DNA of 64,000 nt from Candidatus Aminicenantales bacterium (GCA_049515535.1 JBEKTZ010000004.1:124001-188000); one strand, 5' to 3'; positions 46,892 to 57,500 are shown, counted from the stretch's first letter. Notes: generated by a model from the letters alone, not told the origin. A program made the numbers and translations.

Positions 46892-47812
46892 TCATAAAAG
46901 GACAAGAAAAGGCGAAAGATGGGCGGGAGGCGGTGCCGGCCTGGCGAGAGCGACCATTTTACCGTCCGGGCCGAATAAACGAAAAACGGCACCGGCGTCT
47001 CTCTCGGAACCATGGCCGGTGCTCCTGGAACCTTCGGCGATATGTTCCCCCGACAGCGGGCGGCCGTTCCGGACCATCTGCAGGCCCGTTCCGGTAAGGC
47101 TGATTTTTGGATAAAAAGGAAGCAGAAGCTCCAAGGGGACTAAAAATTCATCCGTCATCCCTTTTTCATGAAGATTCCGGATTTCTTCGAGAGTCCGTCC
47201 GTCATTGCGGTGGTACTCTCCGACTTCCGTCCGAACGAGTTCGGTGAGATGGGCCCCGCAGCCGAGTTTTCGTCCGAGATCGTCGGCCAGGGCCCGGATA
47301 TAAGTGCCCGACGAGCATCGGATTTCGAAGTCGAGATAGGGAGGCAGGTACGCTTTGAGCTTGAACGCAAAAACACGGACCTGGAACGGCCGGCTTTCCA
47401 CGGGCGTTTTCCGCCGGGCGTAGATGTACAGGGGCTTTCCCCGGAGTTTTTTTGCTGAATAGGGGGGAGGAAACTGGGTGATGTCCCCTTCCAATTGGCC
47501 GATGGTTTCCGCGAGCGACCTCTCGTCGGGATAATGATCGATTTCCGGGGATGTCGGCTGTCCCTCCGCGTCATAGGTATCGGTGGCGAATCCGAGCCTC
47601 ATGCGACCTTCATAGGTTTTGTCCATCTTGCTGAAAAAGGGAAAAAATCGCGTCGCTTTTCCGACGGCGGCGAGGAGCAAACCGGAAGCCAACGGGTCCA
47701 GCGTCCCGAAATGTCCGATTTTCTTCTGGAAAAGAATTCTTCTCAGGGAGGCTACGACATCATGCGATGTCATCCGCGGAGGTTTCAGGACCAGGATCAA
47801 ACCATCCATCAA
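46892..47812 (-). CDS. truB: tRNA pseudouridine-55 synthase
   Basis: GHFGTLDP, PPYSAKK, CSSGTYIR. Confidence 0.95.
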   Translation of the reverse strand: MMDGLILVLKPPRMTSHDVVASLRRILFQKKIGHFGTLDPLASGLLLAAVGKATRFFPFFSKMDKTYEGRMRLGFATDTYDAEGQPTSPEIDHYPDERSLAETIGQLEGDITQFPPPYSAKKLRGKPLYIYARRKTPVESRPFQVRVFAFKLKAYLPPYLDFEIRCSSGTYIRALADDLGRKLGCGAHLTELVRTEVGEYHRNDGRTLEEIRNLHEKGMTDEFLVPLELLLPFYPKISLTGTGLQMVRNGRPLSGEHIAEGSRSTGHGSERDAGAVFRLFGPDGKMVALARPAPPPAHLSPFLVLL

Positions 47813-48807
47813 TCAGCCGAGGCCGGTTTGTTTTGAACCTTGGGCTTTTCCCGGAGAAGTCTCTCGACGGTCTCGGGCACATCGATGAGCAATCGATCAT
47901 AAGGGCCGTAGACCGTGAAACCTGCGGCGTGGGCATGACCGCCGCCGCCGAAATGCTCGGCGATCTCCGCCGCGTGGGCGCTGCCCTTGGAGCGGATGCT
48001 CACGCGAAAGACGTCGCTCTCCATCTCCTTAAAAAAGAGCACGACGTTCACGCCCTTGATGGACCGGGCCAATGTGGTGATATCTTCCGTATCGATTTCG
48101 CTCAGGTTCAGGTCGCTCAGGTTCTTTTTGAACATGCTGATAACGGCGATATCACCGCAGGTGTTCATTTTCAGGGTTGACAAGACCTGTCCGAGCAGTT
48201 TGATTTTTTCCGGAAGGTTATTATGGAAGAGCGCTTCGCTGATCTGGTTCGGGTTGGCGCCCGCGACGACCAGTTGATGGCACGCTTCGAAGGATTTGGC
48301 GGAGGTGTTCGAGAATTGAAACGAACCCGTGTCGGAGACAATCGCGCAATAGAGAAGATTGGCGATCCGCGGGGTCATCCGGATGGGAAGCGCGCCGCAG
48401 AGCTCAAAAGCCATTTCTCCGACGGCCGAGGCTTGCGGGTCGACCCAGTTGATATCGGCATAATAGTCGTTCGAATAATGATGGTCGATATTGATCTTGA
48501 AATAGCCGTCGATGTGATCGTGCCCGGAGCGGGTGACGTCGGCGCATTCGAGAAGAACGACCGCGTCGAACACGTCCGCGGGGATCTGGCCGATCTGGAT
48601 CCCGGCGGCGTCCGGAAAATTGTTGAACGGAACGGGCGTCCTGTCTTTGTTGATGACGGAGATCTCTTTGCCCATTTGCTCGGCCGCGGCGGCCAGGGCC
48701 AACGAGGTGCAGAGGGAATCGCCGTCGGGCCTGAGGTGAGAAGTGATCGCGAGGCGGCGGCATTCCACGATCTTCTTAACGATGAGTTCAAGGGGCTTCG
48801 CGTTCAT
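47809..48807 (-). CDS. nrnA: DHH/DHHA1 phosphoesterase (NrnA-like)
   Basis: HLRPDGD, IDHH, DTGSF, GGGGH. Confidence 0.88.
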   Translation of the reverse strand: MNAKPLELIVKKIVECRRLAITSHLRPDGDSLCTSLALAAAAEQMGKEISVINKDRTPVPFNNFPDAAGIQIGQIPADVFDAVVLLECADVTRSGHDHIDGYFKINIDHHYSNDYYADINWVDPQASAVGEMAFELCGALPIRMTPRIANLLYCAIVSDTGSFQFSNTSAKSFEACHQLVVAGANPNQISEALFHNNLPEKIKLLGQVLSTLKMNTCGDIAVISMFKKNLSDLNLSEIDTEDITTLARSIKGVNVVLFFKEMESDVFRVSIRSKGSAHAAEIAEHFGGGGHAHAAGFTVYGPYDRLLIDVPETVERLLREKPKVQNKPASAD

Positions 48808-49153
48808 CTTTCTTGGCCGATTGAAGGATCCGCTCGATGCGTTCGCTCATCTCCCACGTAGGATCGAGATCGAAAAATAGTTCGGGATTATACTTCAATT
48901 TGACGGAGGAGGCAAGGAGTTTACGAAGGAATCCGGCTCTCCGTTCAAGATGGGCGAGGATCCTCCGGGGATCGTCGGAGCCGAAGATACTGAGATGGAC
49001 GCGGGCGGTCTTGAGGTCGGACGGGACGTCGACGCGCGTCACGGTCACCAACCCGTCCGTCGTCGTGCCGCTCAACTCTTCGATCAGGATGCGGCCGAGC
49101 GCTTCCTGGAGAAGGCTGCCGATCCTCTTCTGCCGCCGGCTTTCTTCTTTCAT
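48788..49153 (-). CDS. rbfA: Ribosome-binding factor A
   Basis: VTRVDV..DLK.ARV, PELFF..D. Confidence 0.92.
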   Translation of the reverse strand: MKEESRRQKRIGSLLQEALGRILIEELSGTTTDGLVTVTRVDVPSDLKTARVHLSIFGSDDPRRILAHLERRAGFLRKLLASSVKLKYNPELFFDLDPTWEMSERIERILQSAKKDEREAP

Positions 49154-49158
49154 GGGTC

Positions 49159-49440
49159 TCAAAAAAATTCGATGCGCGATCCGAGAAGTTCGCCGTTGAC
49201 ATGCTCGAAGACATCGGATCTGATCTTGGCCAGGATCTGCTCGACGATGCCCGGCTGGCTATTGAGCGTGACCACGCCGATTTTCGTGCGCTGCCAGACG
49301 TCCTGAAAATCAAGCTCGGCCAAAGCGACGTTGTGCCTCTGGCGAATGCGGTCCTTCAAGCCGGCCAGTTCGCGTCGTTTATCTTTGAGGGATCGGGCGT
49401 GGGGAAAGTGGATGTCGAGTTCGAGATAGCCAATGACCAT
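49159..49440 (-). CDS. DUF503 (YlxP-like) protein
   Basis: SLKDKR, NVALAE, QD.W; typical position between infB and rbfA. Confidence 0.85.
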   Translation of the reverse strand: MVIGYLELDIHFPHARSLKDKRRELAGLKDRIRQRHNVALAELDFQDVWQRTKIGVVTLNSQPGIVEQILAKIRSDVFEHVNGELLGSRIEFF

Positions 49441-49464
49441 GCGCCGATCTCCAGTCCAAAAGGC

Positions 49465-51294
49465 TCAGACCTGATAGACTTTTTCCGTGATGAACGCTTC
49501 GATCAGATCGCCTTCTTGGAGGTCTTTGAATTTGTCCAGGCCGATACCGCACTCGTAATCCTTTTTGACCTCGGTTACGTTTTCTTTCAAATGCTTGAGC
49601 GAGGAGATGCGGCCCTTGTAGACGATCTCTTTGTTGCGAACGATCCTGATCTCCGCGTTGCGTGTGATTTTGCCGTCCTGAACATAGCATCCCGCGATGA
49701 TTCCGATCTTGGGAATTTTGAAGATCTTGCGGACTTGAGCGCGGCCGAGGTGGGTCTCTTTGATCACGGGTTCAAGGAGGCCGGTGATCGCTTTCTTGAT
49801 GTCGTCCGTCAGCTGATAGATGATCTTGTAGGAGAGGATTTGGACATTTTCCTTTTGAGCCATATCCTGGATCTTCGGGCTGGGCTTGACGTTGTAGCCG
49901 AGGACAATGGCGTTCGAAGTCGAGGCGAGGAGAATGTCCGATTCCGTGATGGTCCCGGTGAGGGCCTGCATGATTTTGATCTTCACTTTATCGGTGCTGA
50001 GGGAGGGGAGGAGTCCCATCAGGACTTCGACCGAGCCCTGCACGTCGGCCTTCAGAATGAGCGGCAACTCTTTCATCTCGCCGACCTCGATCTTCTTGAA
50101 AAGGTCATCCAGGGTGATATGCGCGGTCTTCAAAACTTCGGCTTTCGGCGCGCGCGATCGCCGGTAATCAGCGATGGCCCGCGCTTCTTCCTGGCCGGCG
50201 AGGACCTGGAAGAAATCTCCCGCCTGCGGGACATCGCTGAAGCCGAGGATTTCGACGGGCACGGACGGTCCGGCCGATTTCAGCATTTTTCCATGCTCAT
50301 CGTTCAAAGCCCGCACTTTTCCATAAGCGGTCCCGGAGAGGAAGGATTCTCCGACGGATAGAGTCCCGTTCTGGATGATGACCGTGGCCAGCGGACCCTT
50401 CTGGGCGTCCAGGCTGGCTTCCAAGACGACGCCTTGGGCCTTGATCTTGGGGTTGGCCTTGATCTCGATGACGTCGGCCAGCAGAAGGATCATTTCCAAA
50501 AGCTCGTTGATGTTCTTTTTTTCCTTGGCCGAAACTTCGACGCCGATGACATCGCCTCCCCATTCCTCGACGAGGATGCCTTCCTTCTGGAGCTCGCGCT
50601 TGATCTTGTCGGGATTGGCCTCGGGTTTGTCTATTTTATTGATGGCGATGATCATCGGGACGCCGGCGGCCTTGGCGTGGTTGATGGCTTCTTTCGTCTG
50701 GGGCATCACGCCTTCGTCGGCGGCGATGACCAGAACGACGATATCGGTGACCTTCGCTCCTCTGGCCCGGAGCTGAGTGAACGCTTCGTGGCCCGGCGTA
50801 TCGATGAAGGTGATGGCCCTTTTATTATGAACGACCCGGTAGGCTCCGATATGCTGGGTGATGCCTCCCGATTCCTTGTCGACGAGATTCGAGGAACGGA
50901 TGGCGTCGAGGAGCGTGGTTTTGCCGTGATCGACGTGCCCCATGATCGTCACGACGGGAGGGCGCGTCACGAGGTCCGCTTTTTTGCTCTCGGCGGAGAG
51001 CCGCATCTCTTTTTCGACCGAGACGCTCTCGATGGTGATGCCGAGCGCTCCGGCGATTTTGCCCACGAGGTTCTCGTCGATGTATTCGTTGACGCCGATG
51101 GCGAAACCGCCGGCTTCGAGCTTTTTCTGGATGTCTTTAGGCCGGGTCTTCAGTTTTTCAGCCAGTTCCTTGAGCGTCGAGCCTTCTCTCAACGTGATGA
51201 CCGGCCGGGGTTTATGGCTTTCTTTCGCTGGTTTTGCCGTTTTCGTTGTTTTTGTGTCCGTCAATGGCTGTTCCTTTGCTCTGTCGATTATCAA
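49465..51294 (-). CDS. infB: Translation initiation factor IF-2 (short N-terminus)
   Basis: GHVDHGKT, GGITQHIGA, DTPGHEAF, NKID, KADVQGS. Confidence 0.96.
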   Translation of the reverse strand: MIIDRAKEQPLTDTKTTKTAKPAKESHKPRPVITLREGSTLKELAEKLKTRPKDIQKKLEAGGFAIGVNEYIDENLVGKIAGALGITIESVSVEKEMRLSAESKKADLVTRPPVVTIMGHVDHGKTTLLDAIRSSNLVDKESGGITQHIGAYRVVHNKRAITFIDTPGHEAFTQLRARGAKVTDIVVLVIAADEGVMPQTKEAINHAKAAGVPMIIAINKIDKPEANPDKIKRELQKEGILVEEWGGDVIGVEVSAKEKKNINELLEMILLLADVIEIKANPKIKAQGVVLEASLDAQKGPLATVIIQNGTLSVGESFLSGTAYGKVRALNDEHGKMLKSAGPSVPVEILGFSDVPQAGDFFQVLAGQEEARAIADYRRSRAPKAEVLKTAHITLDDLFKKIEVGEMKELPLILKADVQGSVEVLMGLLPSLSTDKVKIKIMQALTGTITESDILLASTSNAIVLGYNVKPSPKIQDMAQKENVQILSYKIIYQLTDDIKKAITGLLEPVIKETHLGRAQVRKIFKIPKIGIIAGCYVQDGKITRNAEIRIVRNKEIVYKGRISSLKHLKENVTEVKKDYECGIGLDKFKDLQEGDLIEAFITEKVYQV

Positions 51295-52337
51295 ACGATC
51301 TCTATCTGAGGCTGGTGGATGCCGATCTTCCAGCCGATGAGTTTCGAAGCCAGCTTGACGTTGATGCCGTTCTTGCCGATGGCCAACGCCAACTGGTCCT
51401 TGGTCACGATGGCCTGCATGGTTTTTTCGTTTTTATCGAGGATGATGATGTTCTCGATGCGGGCGGGGCTGAGGGCCGCCTTGGCATAGCTTAAGGGATT
51501 GGCCGACCAGATAATGATGTCGATCTTTTCTCCGGACAGCTCTTTGCTGATGGCTAGGATCCGGCTGCCCTTGACGCCGATGCAGGCGCCGACCGGGTCG
51601 ACGTCCTTCTCTTTAGTCGCGACGGCCACCTTGGCCCGTTCGCCCGGCTGGCGAACGATGTCCTTGATCTCGATCGCGCCGTTGGCGATCTCCGGGATTT
51701 CGAGTTCCAGGAGCTTCTCCAGGAACTTGGGGCTGGCCCTCGAGACGATCACTTGCAGTTCTTGGCCTTTATGGCCTTTTTTGACCATGGTGATGACCGC
51801 CCGGATCTGATCGCCGCGCTCGAAATTGTCGTTGAAGAGTTTTTCCCGGAGGGGAAAGAGGACGTCGGTCTTGTTGACCTCCAGGATCATGGCCTCGTTC
51901 TCGGTCCTTCGGTAGACGCCCATCACGATTTCACCCAGGCGCGGGGCGAATTCGCCGTAAATCTTCTCCTGCTCGGCGTCCCTCACTTTTTGGACGATCA
52001 CCTGCTTGGCGGCCTGAGCGGCGATCCGGCCCAGTGTGTCGGAAGGAAGATCCATCTCCACGGTTTCCCCGATATTGGCATCGGGCCTTATCAGCCGTGC
52101 CTCTTCCAGGGCGATCTCGCGGGCGTTATCGGAGGATTTTGGAACCACCTGTTTGACGGCATAGACCCGGAGTTCTCCTTTTTCCGGGCGAAAGCCGACA
52201 TGGATATCCTCGTTTTTGGTGTAATGCTTGGAGGCTGCGACTTTCAAAGATTCTTCGATGGCGCTGATAATAACGGACGGGACCACGCCCCGTTCTTTGC
52301 TCAGCTGCAAAATAGTATTCCAAACGTTGATCTTCAT
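51291..52337 (-). CDS. nusA: Transcription termination/antitermination factor NusA
   Basis: GRIAAQAAKQ, S1 and KH domains, DPVGACIG, AIGKNGINV. Confidence 0.96.
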   Translation of the reverse strand: MKINVWNTILQLSKERGVVPSVIISAIEESLKVAASKHYTKNEDIHVGFRPEKGELRVYAVKQVVPKSSDNAREIALEEARLIRPDANIGETVEMDLPSDTLGRIAAQAAKQVIVQKVRDAEQEKIYGEFAPRLGEIVMGVYRRTENEAMILEVNKTDVLFPLREKLFNDNFERGDQIRAVITMVKKGHKGQELQVIVSRASPKFLEKLLELEIPEIANGAIEIKDIVRQPGERAKVAVATKEKDVDPVGACIGVKGSRILAISKELSGEKIDIIIWSANPLSYAKAALSPARIENIIILDKNEKTMQAIVTKDQLALAIGKNGINVKLASKLIGWKIGIHQPQIEIV

Positions 52338-52417
52338 ATCCTAGGCCTCTGTTACGGATCCGCAGAGAAGTCCCTGATTATAGCGAAAACGGAGGCGATA
52401 ATCAACCGCGCGCGGAG

Positions 52418-52539
52418 TCGACTCTCTCAGGGTCGGCGGCGGCCGGGGCCCCGGGCTTTGCCCGGGGGTCCACTTCCGCCGTACTCGCCCGTGGATATAA
52501 GCCACGGGCGAGTGGCGAGCCGAAGGCTCGTCCCTTGAC
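52418..52539. repeat. GC-rich multi-hairpin intergenic element
   Basis: TCGAC..CTCAGGG; CCCCGGGC-TTT-GCCCGGGG (52449-52467); 12-bp perfect stem 52483-52513; GCGAGCC-GAA-GGCTCGT; ends TTGAC. Confidence 0.6.
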
Positions 52540-52627
52540 TGAAGGTCGCAGGGAAGAGGCGTCCCGCTGATGATGGAATCAGGCCTCTCGTGATATAGGG
52601 GGAAGCCCCGAATTCAGTTCCGGGCGG

Positions 52628-53947
52628 TCATTCGCGGATATCTCCCCGGAGGCTATAGGGGCCGGCGTCCGTGATGGCGACATGGACGAACCGGCCGATG
52701 ACGTCGGCCGGAGATCGGAAATTAACGACCTGAGAGCCCTCGCTTCTGCCGGAATAGACGCGTTCGTCTTTCTTGCTCTTTCCCAGGCAGAGGACCTTTA
52801 TCGTCCGTCCGATAAAGCCTTGGTGGATTTCCGACTGGATCTTTTTTTGGCGGGCTTGGACTTCCTGGAGACGTCGGCGTTTGACCTCGAAGGGCACGTC
52901 GTCATCGAGTTTGGCCGCGGCCGTGCGTGGCCGCGGTGAATAGCGGAAGGAAAAAATGTTGGCGAACCGGATCTCCTCGAGCGCGCTCAAGGTTTCTTCA
53001 AATTCCGGTTCGGTTTCCCCCGGGAAACCGACAATGATGTCCGTGCTCAGGCTGATTTCGGGCAACCGGAGACGGATCTCCCGAAGCCTTTCCAAATATT
53101 CGTCCCTGGTATATCTCCTTCGCATGCGTTCGAGGACCGAGGATGATCCGGATTGAAGGGGCAGGTGAATCTGCCGGCAGACGTGGCGCGATCGGCTCAT
53201 GGCGGCGATGATTTCGGAAGAAAAATTTTTCGGATGAGAGGTGATGAAGCGTATCCATTCGATCCCCTCCAGGCGATCCGCCGCCTCCAGGAGATCCTGG
53301 AAAAGCGCGCCCGTTTCGGGATCTTTATAGGAATTGACGTTCTGCCCGAGAAATTGGACCTCCCGGTAGCCGGCGAGCGCGAGGCTGTCGATTTCTTCAA
53401 GGATCGCCCGAAGGGGCCGGAATTTTTCCCGTCCTCGGGTGAAAGGGACGATACAATAAGAGCAGAAGTTATCGCACCCCTCCATGATGGTCACGAAGGC
53501 GCTCACCGGGCTTTCCCTCAGAATCGGCCGGCGTTCCGCCTCATTCCATTCCCGGGCCCACCCGGCGAGAATGGGCTTCGCCGTGAGGTTTTGGGAGATG
53601 ATCCCCGGTAGTCGATGATAATTGTCCGGGCCGACGATGAAATCGATATCGGGATTCTTGCTCAGGAGCTCCTCCCGATAGAGCTGGGCGACGCAGCCCG
53701 CCAGGCCGATCAGGAGTTGGCGTTTATTTTTCTGAGCCCGGAGACGCCCCAGATAGGAAAACAATTTATCCTCGGATTTTGCGCGGACGGCGCAGGTGTT
53801 GACGATGATGATCTGGCCGTCTTCCAGCCGCTCGGCCTTGGTCGCTCCGGCGGCCTTGAGTTGTCCGGCGATGCGTTCCGAATCATTCTCGTTCATCTGG
53901 CAGCCGAACGTATGGATATAAAATTTCAAGCCGCTTATGTCATTCAT
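52628..53947 (-). CDS. miaB: tRNA-2-methylthio-N6-dimethylallyladenosine synthase
   Basis: TFGCQMNE.DSE, NTCAVR, GCDNFCSYC, DIIVGFPGET, TRAM domain; start ATG 53947. Confidence 0.95.
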   Translation of the reverse strand: MNDISGLKFYIHTFGCQMNENDSERIAGQLKAAGATKAERLEDGQIIIVNTCAVRAKSEDKLFSYLGRLRAQKNKRQLLIGLAGCVAQLYREELLSKNPDIDFIVGPDNYHRLPGIISQNLTAKPILAGWAREWNEAERRPILRESPVSAFVTIMEGCDNFCSYCIVPFTRGREKFRPLRAILEEIDSLALAGYREVQFLGQNVNSYKDPETGALFQDLLEAADRLEGIEWIRFITSHPKNFSSEIIAAMSRSRHVCRQIHLPLQSGSSSVLERMRRRYTRDEYLERLREIRLRLPEISLSTDIIVGFPGETEPEFEETLSALEEIRFANIFSFRYSPRPRTAAAKLDDDVPFEVKRRRLQEVQARQKKIQSEIHQGFIGRTIKVLCLGKSKKDERVYSGRSEGSQVVNFRSPADVIGRFVHVAITDAGPYSLRGDIRE

Positions 53948-54018
53948 GGAAAATTCGATATTTAGGAAGCCGGGAGATGGACCCAATGGCCGGACCGGGG
54001 CCTGCCCGCGGACCGGCC

Positions 54019-54453
54019 TCAAAGGATTTCTTCGACGATTTCGGCGGCATTCCGGACGTAATTGGAACAAAGGGTCTGGAAGAGATTTTTTTCGCGGGCG
54101 AGCCTCATGCCTTCTTCCGTTCCGATATCCAGGCCGAGAAGGCAACGGCATTGGATGGAACAGTGGAGCGCTTTGAATTTGTCGGTGAATTGGCGCATCT
54201 TGGCATAGGTGCGATCGCGGGCTTCCAGGTCGTCGGCTTTGGTCCGGCCGTATTTCAACCCGATGAGCATGAACGCTCCGGTCACCGCGCCGCACGCTTC
54301 TCCCATGTGGGCCATGCCTCCGCCGAAGGCCTGGGATAGTCTGAGCGATATATCCCGGTCGAGTCCGAAATCCTCGCTGAACGTCGCGAACACGGCCTGC
54401 GAACAGCTGAAGCCCTCTTGGAACAAAGCCGCAGCCCTTTCCGATTTTTTCAC
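54019..54453 (-). CDS. C_GCAxxG_C_C family putative redox protein
   Basis: FSCSQAV, FGGGM, ACGAVTG, QCRCLLG, LC. Confidence 0.85.
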   Translation of the reverse strand: MKKSERAAALFQEGFSCSQAVFATFSEDFGLDRDISLRLSQAFGGGMAHMGEACGAVTGAFMLIGLKYGRTKADDLEARDRTYAKMRQFTDKFKALHCSIQCRCLLGLDIGTEEGMRLAREKNLFQTLCSNYVRNAAEIVEEIL

Positions 54454-56183
54454 GTCATCCTCCTTCCGCTTCCGCCGGATCTGATGGGGATTGGACCATC
54501 GTCTTCGACGGCATTATGCCGGAGCATTTCGCGGGCGTTTTCGAGCGCGGCGGACGTCACGCGGCTGCCGGACATCAGCCGCGCGATCTCCTCCGCCCGC
54601 TCCTCGAAATCGAGCTTCGTCACGGTCGTGAACGTCCGATTATTCTCGATGGTCTTCTCGATCTTGAAATGATGGGCGGCGAAAGAGGCGATCTGGGGGA
54701 GATGGGTGATGCATATGACTTGATGGGTTTTGGCGATGTTTCTCAGTTTCCGGGCGATGAATTCCGCCGTTTTCCCGCCGATGCCCGCGTCGATTTCGTC
54801 GAAGATCAGCGTCTTGAACGTGATCTTCTCCTTGCCGAGGGTTTTGAACGCCAGCATGATCCGGGACAGTTCGCCGCCCGAGGCGATTTTGCGCAAGGGC
54901 TTCAGCGGCTCGCCCGGATTCGGGCTGATGAGAAATTCGACGTCGTCCATCCCCGTGTCCCGGACCTGCTCGGTGGTCGAAGCCGTCCATTTTGCGGTTT
55001 CGATCCGGACTTGAAAGCCGGCCTTTTTCATGCCCAATTGGCCGATTTCACTTTCGATGAGTTTGCCCAGCTCCGAGGCTCCTTTTTTCCGGATTTCCGA
55101 CAGTTTCAGGGCCTGGGAAGAATAGGCGGCGAAAGCTTTCGCGATGTCGTTTTCGGCGGTTGTCAATTTCTCCTGAATCTGGGCCAGCTCCTTGCTCTCG
55201 CGCTTTATGGCCTCCAAGTAAATCTGAATGTCCTGGATTTCCTGGCCATATTTCCGTTTGAGTCCTTCAATGAGGCTGAGACGCTCCTCGATCTCCTCCA
55301 GTTTTTCCGGGGTCAGATCCTGTTTTTCTTTATAGCGGATCAAGAGGTCTGAAAGTTCGCGGACGACGATGCCCAGCGGTCCCAGCGACGCGTTCATTTC
55401 GCGGAAAGCCGGATCGAAGGCGGTCAACTCGTCGAGAGCGTGTTCGAGCTTCGGCAGAAGGTTCGAAAGCGATATGTCTCCGGCGTACGCGACGTCCAGC
55501 GCCTGATCGACGAGCAGCGAAATCTTTTCGGCGTTCTTCAGGATGTTTCTTCGGGCCCGCAGGTCGGCTTCCTCCCCAGGTTTGAGTTCGGCTTTTTCGA
55601 TCTCTTTGATCTGGAATTCCAGGTAATCGAGGCGCTGATTCCGCTCGCGCTCCCGGGCGCGCCATTCGTCTCTCAACCGGACGAAGGAGCGGAGTTCATG
55701 GGCCGCCCGGGCCACGTTCTCGCGCAGAGCGGTCGTGCCGCAGAACTGGTCGAGATAATCGAGATGGCTGTCGAGATGGAGGAGAAAGACATGATCGTTT
55801 TGCCCGTAGATATCGACGAGGTTTCCGACGAATTCTTTGAGTTTTTTCAAGGGAACGAGAACCCCGTCGCAATAGGCTTTCCCGGACCCGTCGCCCGAAA
55901 CCGATCTGTGAACCGCGATCTCGTCGGCGGCGATGTCGAGGGGAAGGCGATCGTCTTTCTTGGGCAGGGCGGGCCGTGAAAAAAGGGCCTCGACCGAAGC
56001 TTCGGCGCTGCCGCTCCGGACGAGGTCGGCCGAACTTTTTTCGCCGCAGACAAGCCGGATACTGTCGATGATGATGGATTTGCCCGCGCCCGTCTCTCCG
56101 GTCAGGATCGAAAAACCTGCGTCGAGGTCCAAGTGGAGATCCTGGATCGTGGCCAGGTTCCTTATCCTCAGAAACTTGATCAT
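54450..56183 (-). CDS. recN: DNA repair protein RecN
   Basis: TGETGAGKS, ASGGELSR, FDEIDAG, ITHLPQIA. Confidence 0.96.
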   Translation of the reverse strand: MIKFLRIRNLATIQDLHLDLDAGFSILTGETGAGKSIIIDSIRLVCGEKSSADLVRSGSAEASVEALFSRPALPKKDDRLPLDIAADEIAVHRSVSGDGSGKAYCDGVLVPLKKLKEFVGNLVDIYGQNDHVFLLHLDSHLDYLDQFCGTTALRENVARAAHELRSFVRLRDEWRARERERNQRLDYLEFQIKEIEKAELKPGEEADLRARRNILKNAEKISLLVDQALDVAYAGDISLSNLLPKLEHALDELTAFDPAFREMNASLGPLGIVVRELSDLLIRYKEKQDLTPEKLEEIEERLSLIEGLKRKYGQEIQDIQIYLEAIKRESKELAQIQEKLTTAENDIAKAFAAYSSQALKLSEIRKKGASELGKLIESEIGQLGMKKAGFQVRIETAKWTASTTEQVRDTGMDDVEFLISPNPGEPLKPLRKIASGGELSRIMLAFKTLGKEKITFKTLIFDEIDAGIGGKTAEFIARKLRNIAKTHQVICITHLPQIASFAAHHFKIEKTIENNRTFTTVTKLDFEERAEEIARLMSGSRVTSAALENAREMLRHNAVEDDGPIPIRSGGSGRRMT

Positions 56184-56198
56184 GCCGCCCCATCGCTC

Positions 56199-57497
56199 CT
56201 ATTTCGTGATCTTGAGAGGAACGAGGCCTTTCTCCATGTCGATTCGGCCGAAACCGAGGAATTGATCCCTTCCCGGATACACCGAAGCGTTCACGTCATC
56301 GGCCGAATAGCGGATGATGTCCATGATCTCGCCGGGCTTCAATGAAGGCTTGAGGCTTTTAATCAAGGCGGCGAACCCCGCGACATAGGCGCTCGCGAAC
56401 GAGGTCCCATCGCCGTTTTTGTAAGGGGGAAACCCGGCCGGCGTCAAGGCGACGGGATAGGTTGAGATGATGCTGTCGCCGGGGGCGGCGACGTCGAGCT
56501 CCCAGCCGAAATTCGAATAGACCGTCCGCTGATCGTTATAATCCGTGGCCGAGACGGCGCAGACATATTTTTCATAGGCGGCCGGGTAATAGACGGACGT
56601 GTTGTCGTTCCCCGCCGCCGCGGCGATGAAAACGCCTTTGGTTTCGAAGGCGTATTTCAGGGCGTTCTCGATCGTTGAGTCCAGGGCCGGCTGGCCGGAA
56701 CTGATATTGAGGATTTGAGCGCCATTATCGGCGGCCCAGACGATGCCGGCCGCGATTTTCACGGAATTCCCGGTGCCGAATTGGTCCAGGACTTTGACCG
56801 GTAGGATTTTGCAATTCCAGGCGACCCCGGCGATTCCTTCGTTGTTGTTCGTCTCCGCGGCGGCGATGCCGGCGATCATCGTCCCATGTCCGTGATCGTC
56901 CGTCGCATCGGCGTCGTTGTTGACGAAATCGTAGCCGGGGCCAACGATCTTGTTTTTCAGGTCGGGATGGGTGAGATCCACTCCGGTATCGAGGATGCCG
57001 ATGATGACTCCCGCTTGGCCCGTCGTTTCCTCCCAGGCGGCCGTCGCTTTGATGTCGGCGTTGGGCAGCCCCTGGGGACTGCCGGGAACCCATCCTGTCT
57101 GCTGGCCCTTGTTGAAAAGGGCATACTGGTATTGGAAATAAAGATCGTTCGGAGTCACCGCGGCCCGATAGATATAATTCGGCTGGGCGAATTCTATATC
57201 GGAATTCCGTCCGAAGATGCCGACCATCTCATCGACCGTCATATCGTCCGGGATCTGGACGGTATAGACATCGAGCTTGACAATCCGGGAAACGGCCCGG
57301 GATCGCGTCAGAGACAAGGCCGCCGCTTTTTGGAAGAGCATGGCCGAAGGCTTGAATTTCAGGAGGACCTGGCCCGGAACACAGTCCGTCCTTTCCGCGG
57401 GCCGGGGACGCGTGCCGGCCGGGAAGCTCAGCCCGAGCGCCAGAACGCCGATGAAAACGATCCCGACGATCAAGACCTGTTTTCTCATGATCTCCAT
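56199..57497 (-). CDS. Secreted S8 subtilase (thermitase-like) with propeptide
   Basis: Signal peptide; VPGQVLLKFK propeptide; triad ILDTG, HGT, GTSF; AAAGN. Confidence 0.92.
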   Translation of the reverse strand: MEIMRKQVLIVGIVFIGVLALGLSFPAGTRPRPAERTDCVPGQVLLKFKPSAMLFQKAAALSLTRSRAVSRIVKLDVYTVQIPDDMTVDEMVGIFGRNSDIEFAQPNYIYRAAVTPNDLYFQYQYALFNKGQQTGWVPGSPQGLPNADIKATAAWEETTGQAGVIIGILDTGVDLTHPDLKNKIVGPGYDFVNNDADATDDHGHGTMIAGIAAAETNNNEGIAGVAWNCKILPVKVLDQFGTGNSVKIAAGIVWAADNGAQILNISSGQPALDSTIENALKYAFETKGVFIAAAAGNDNTSVYYPAAYEKYVCAVSATDYNDQRTVYSNFGWELDVAAPGDSIISTYPVALTPAGFPPYKNGDGTSFASAYVAGFAALIKSLKPSLKPGEIMDIIRYSADDVNASVYPGRDQFLGFGRIDMEKGLVPLKITK

Positions 57498-57500
57498 CCT

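Noticed and set aside
52567..52600. Hammerhead ribozyme (CTGATGA)
   Set aside because: No stem II followed by GAAA, and no matching cleavage-site arms.
53948..54295. N-terminal extensions given by the ORF track (miaB, nadC, lspA, rodA, rpe, epimerase, GT4)
   Set aside because: They overlap upstream genes or promoters; family similarity begins at downstream start codons.
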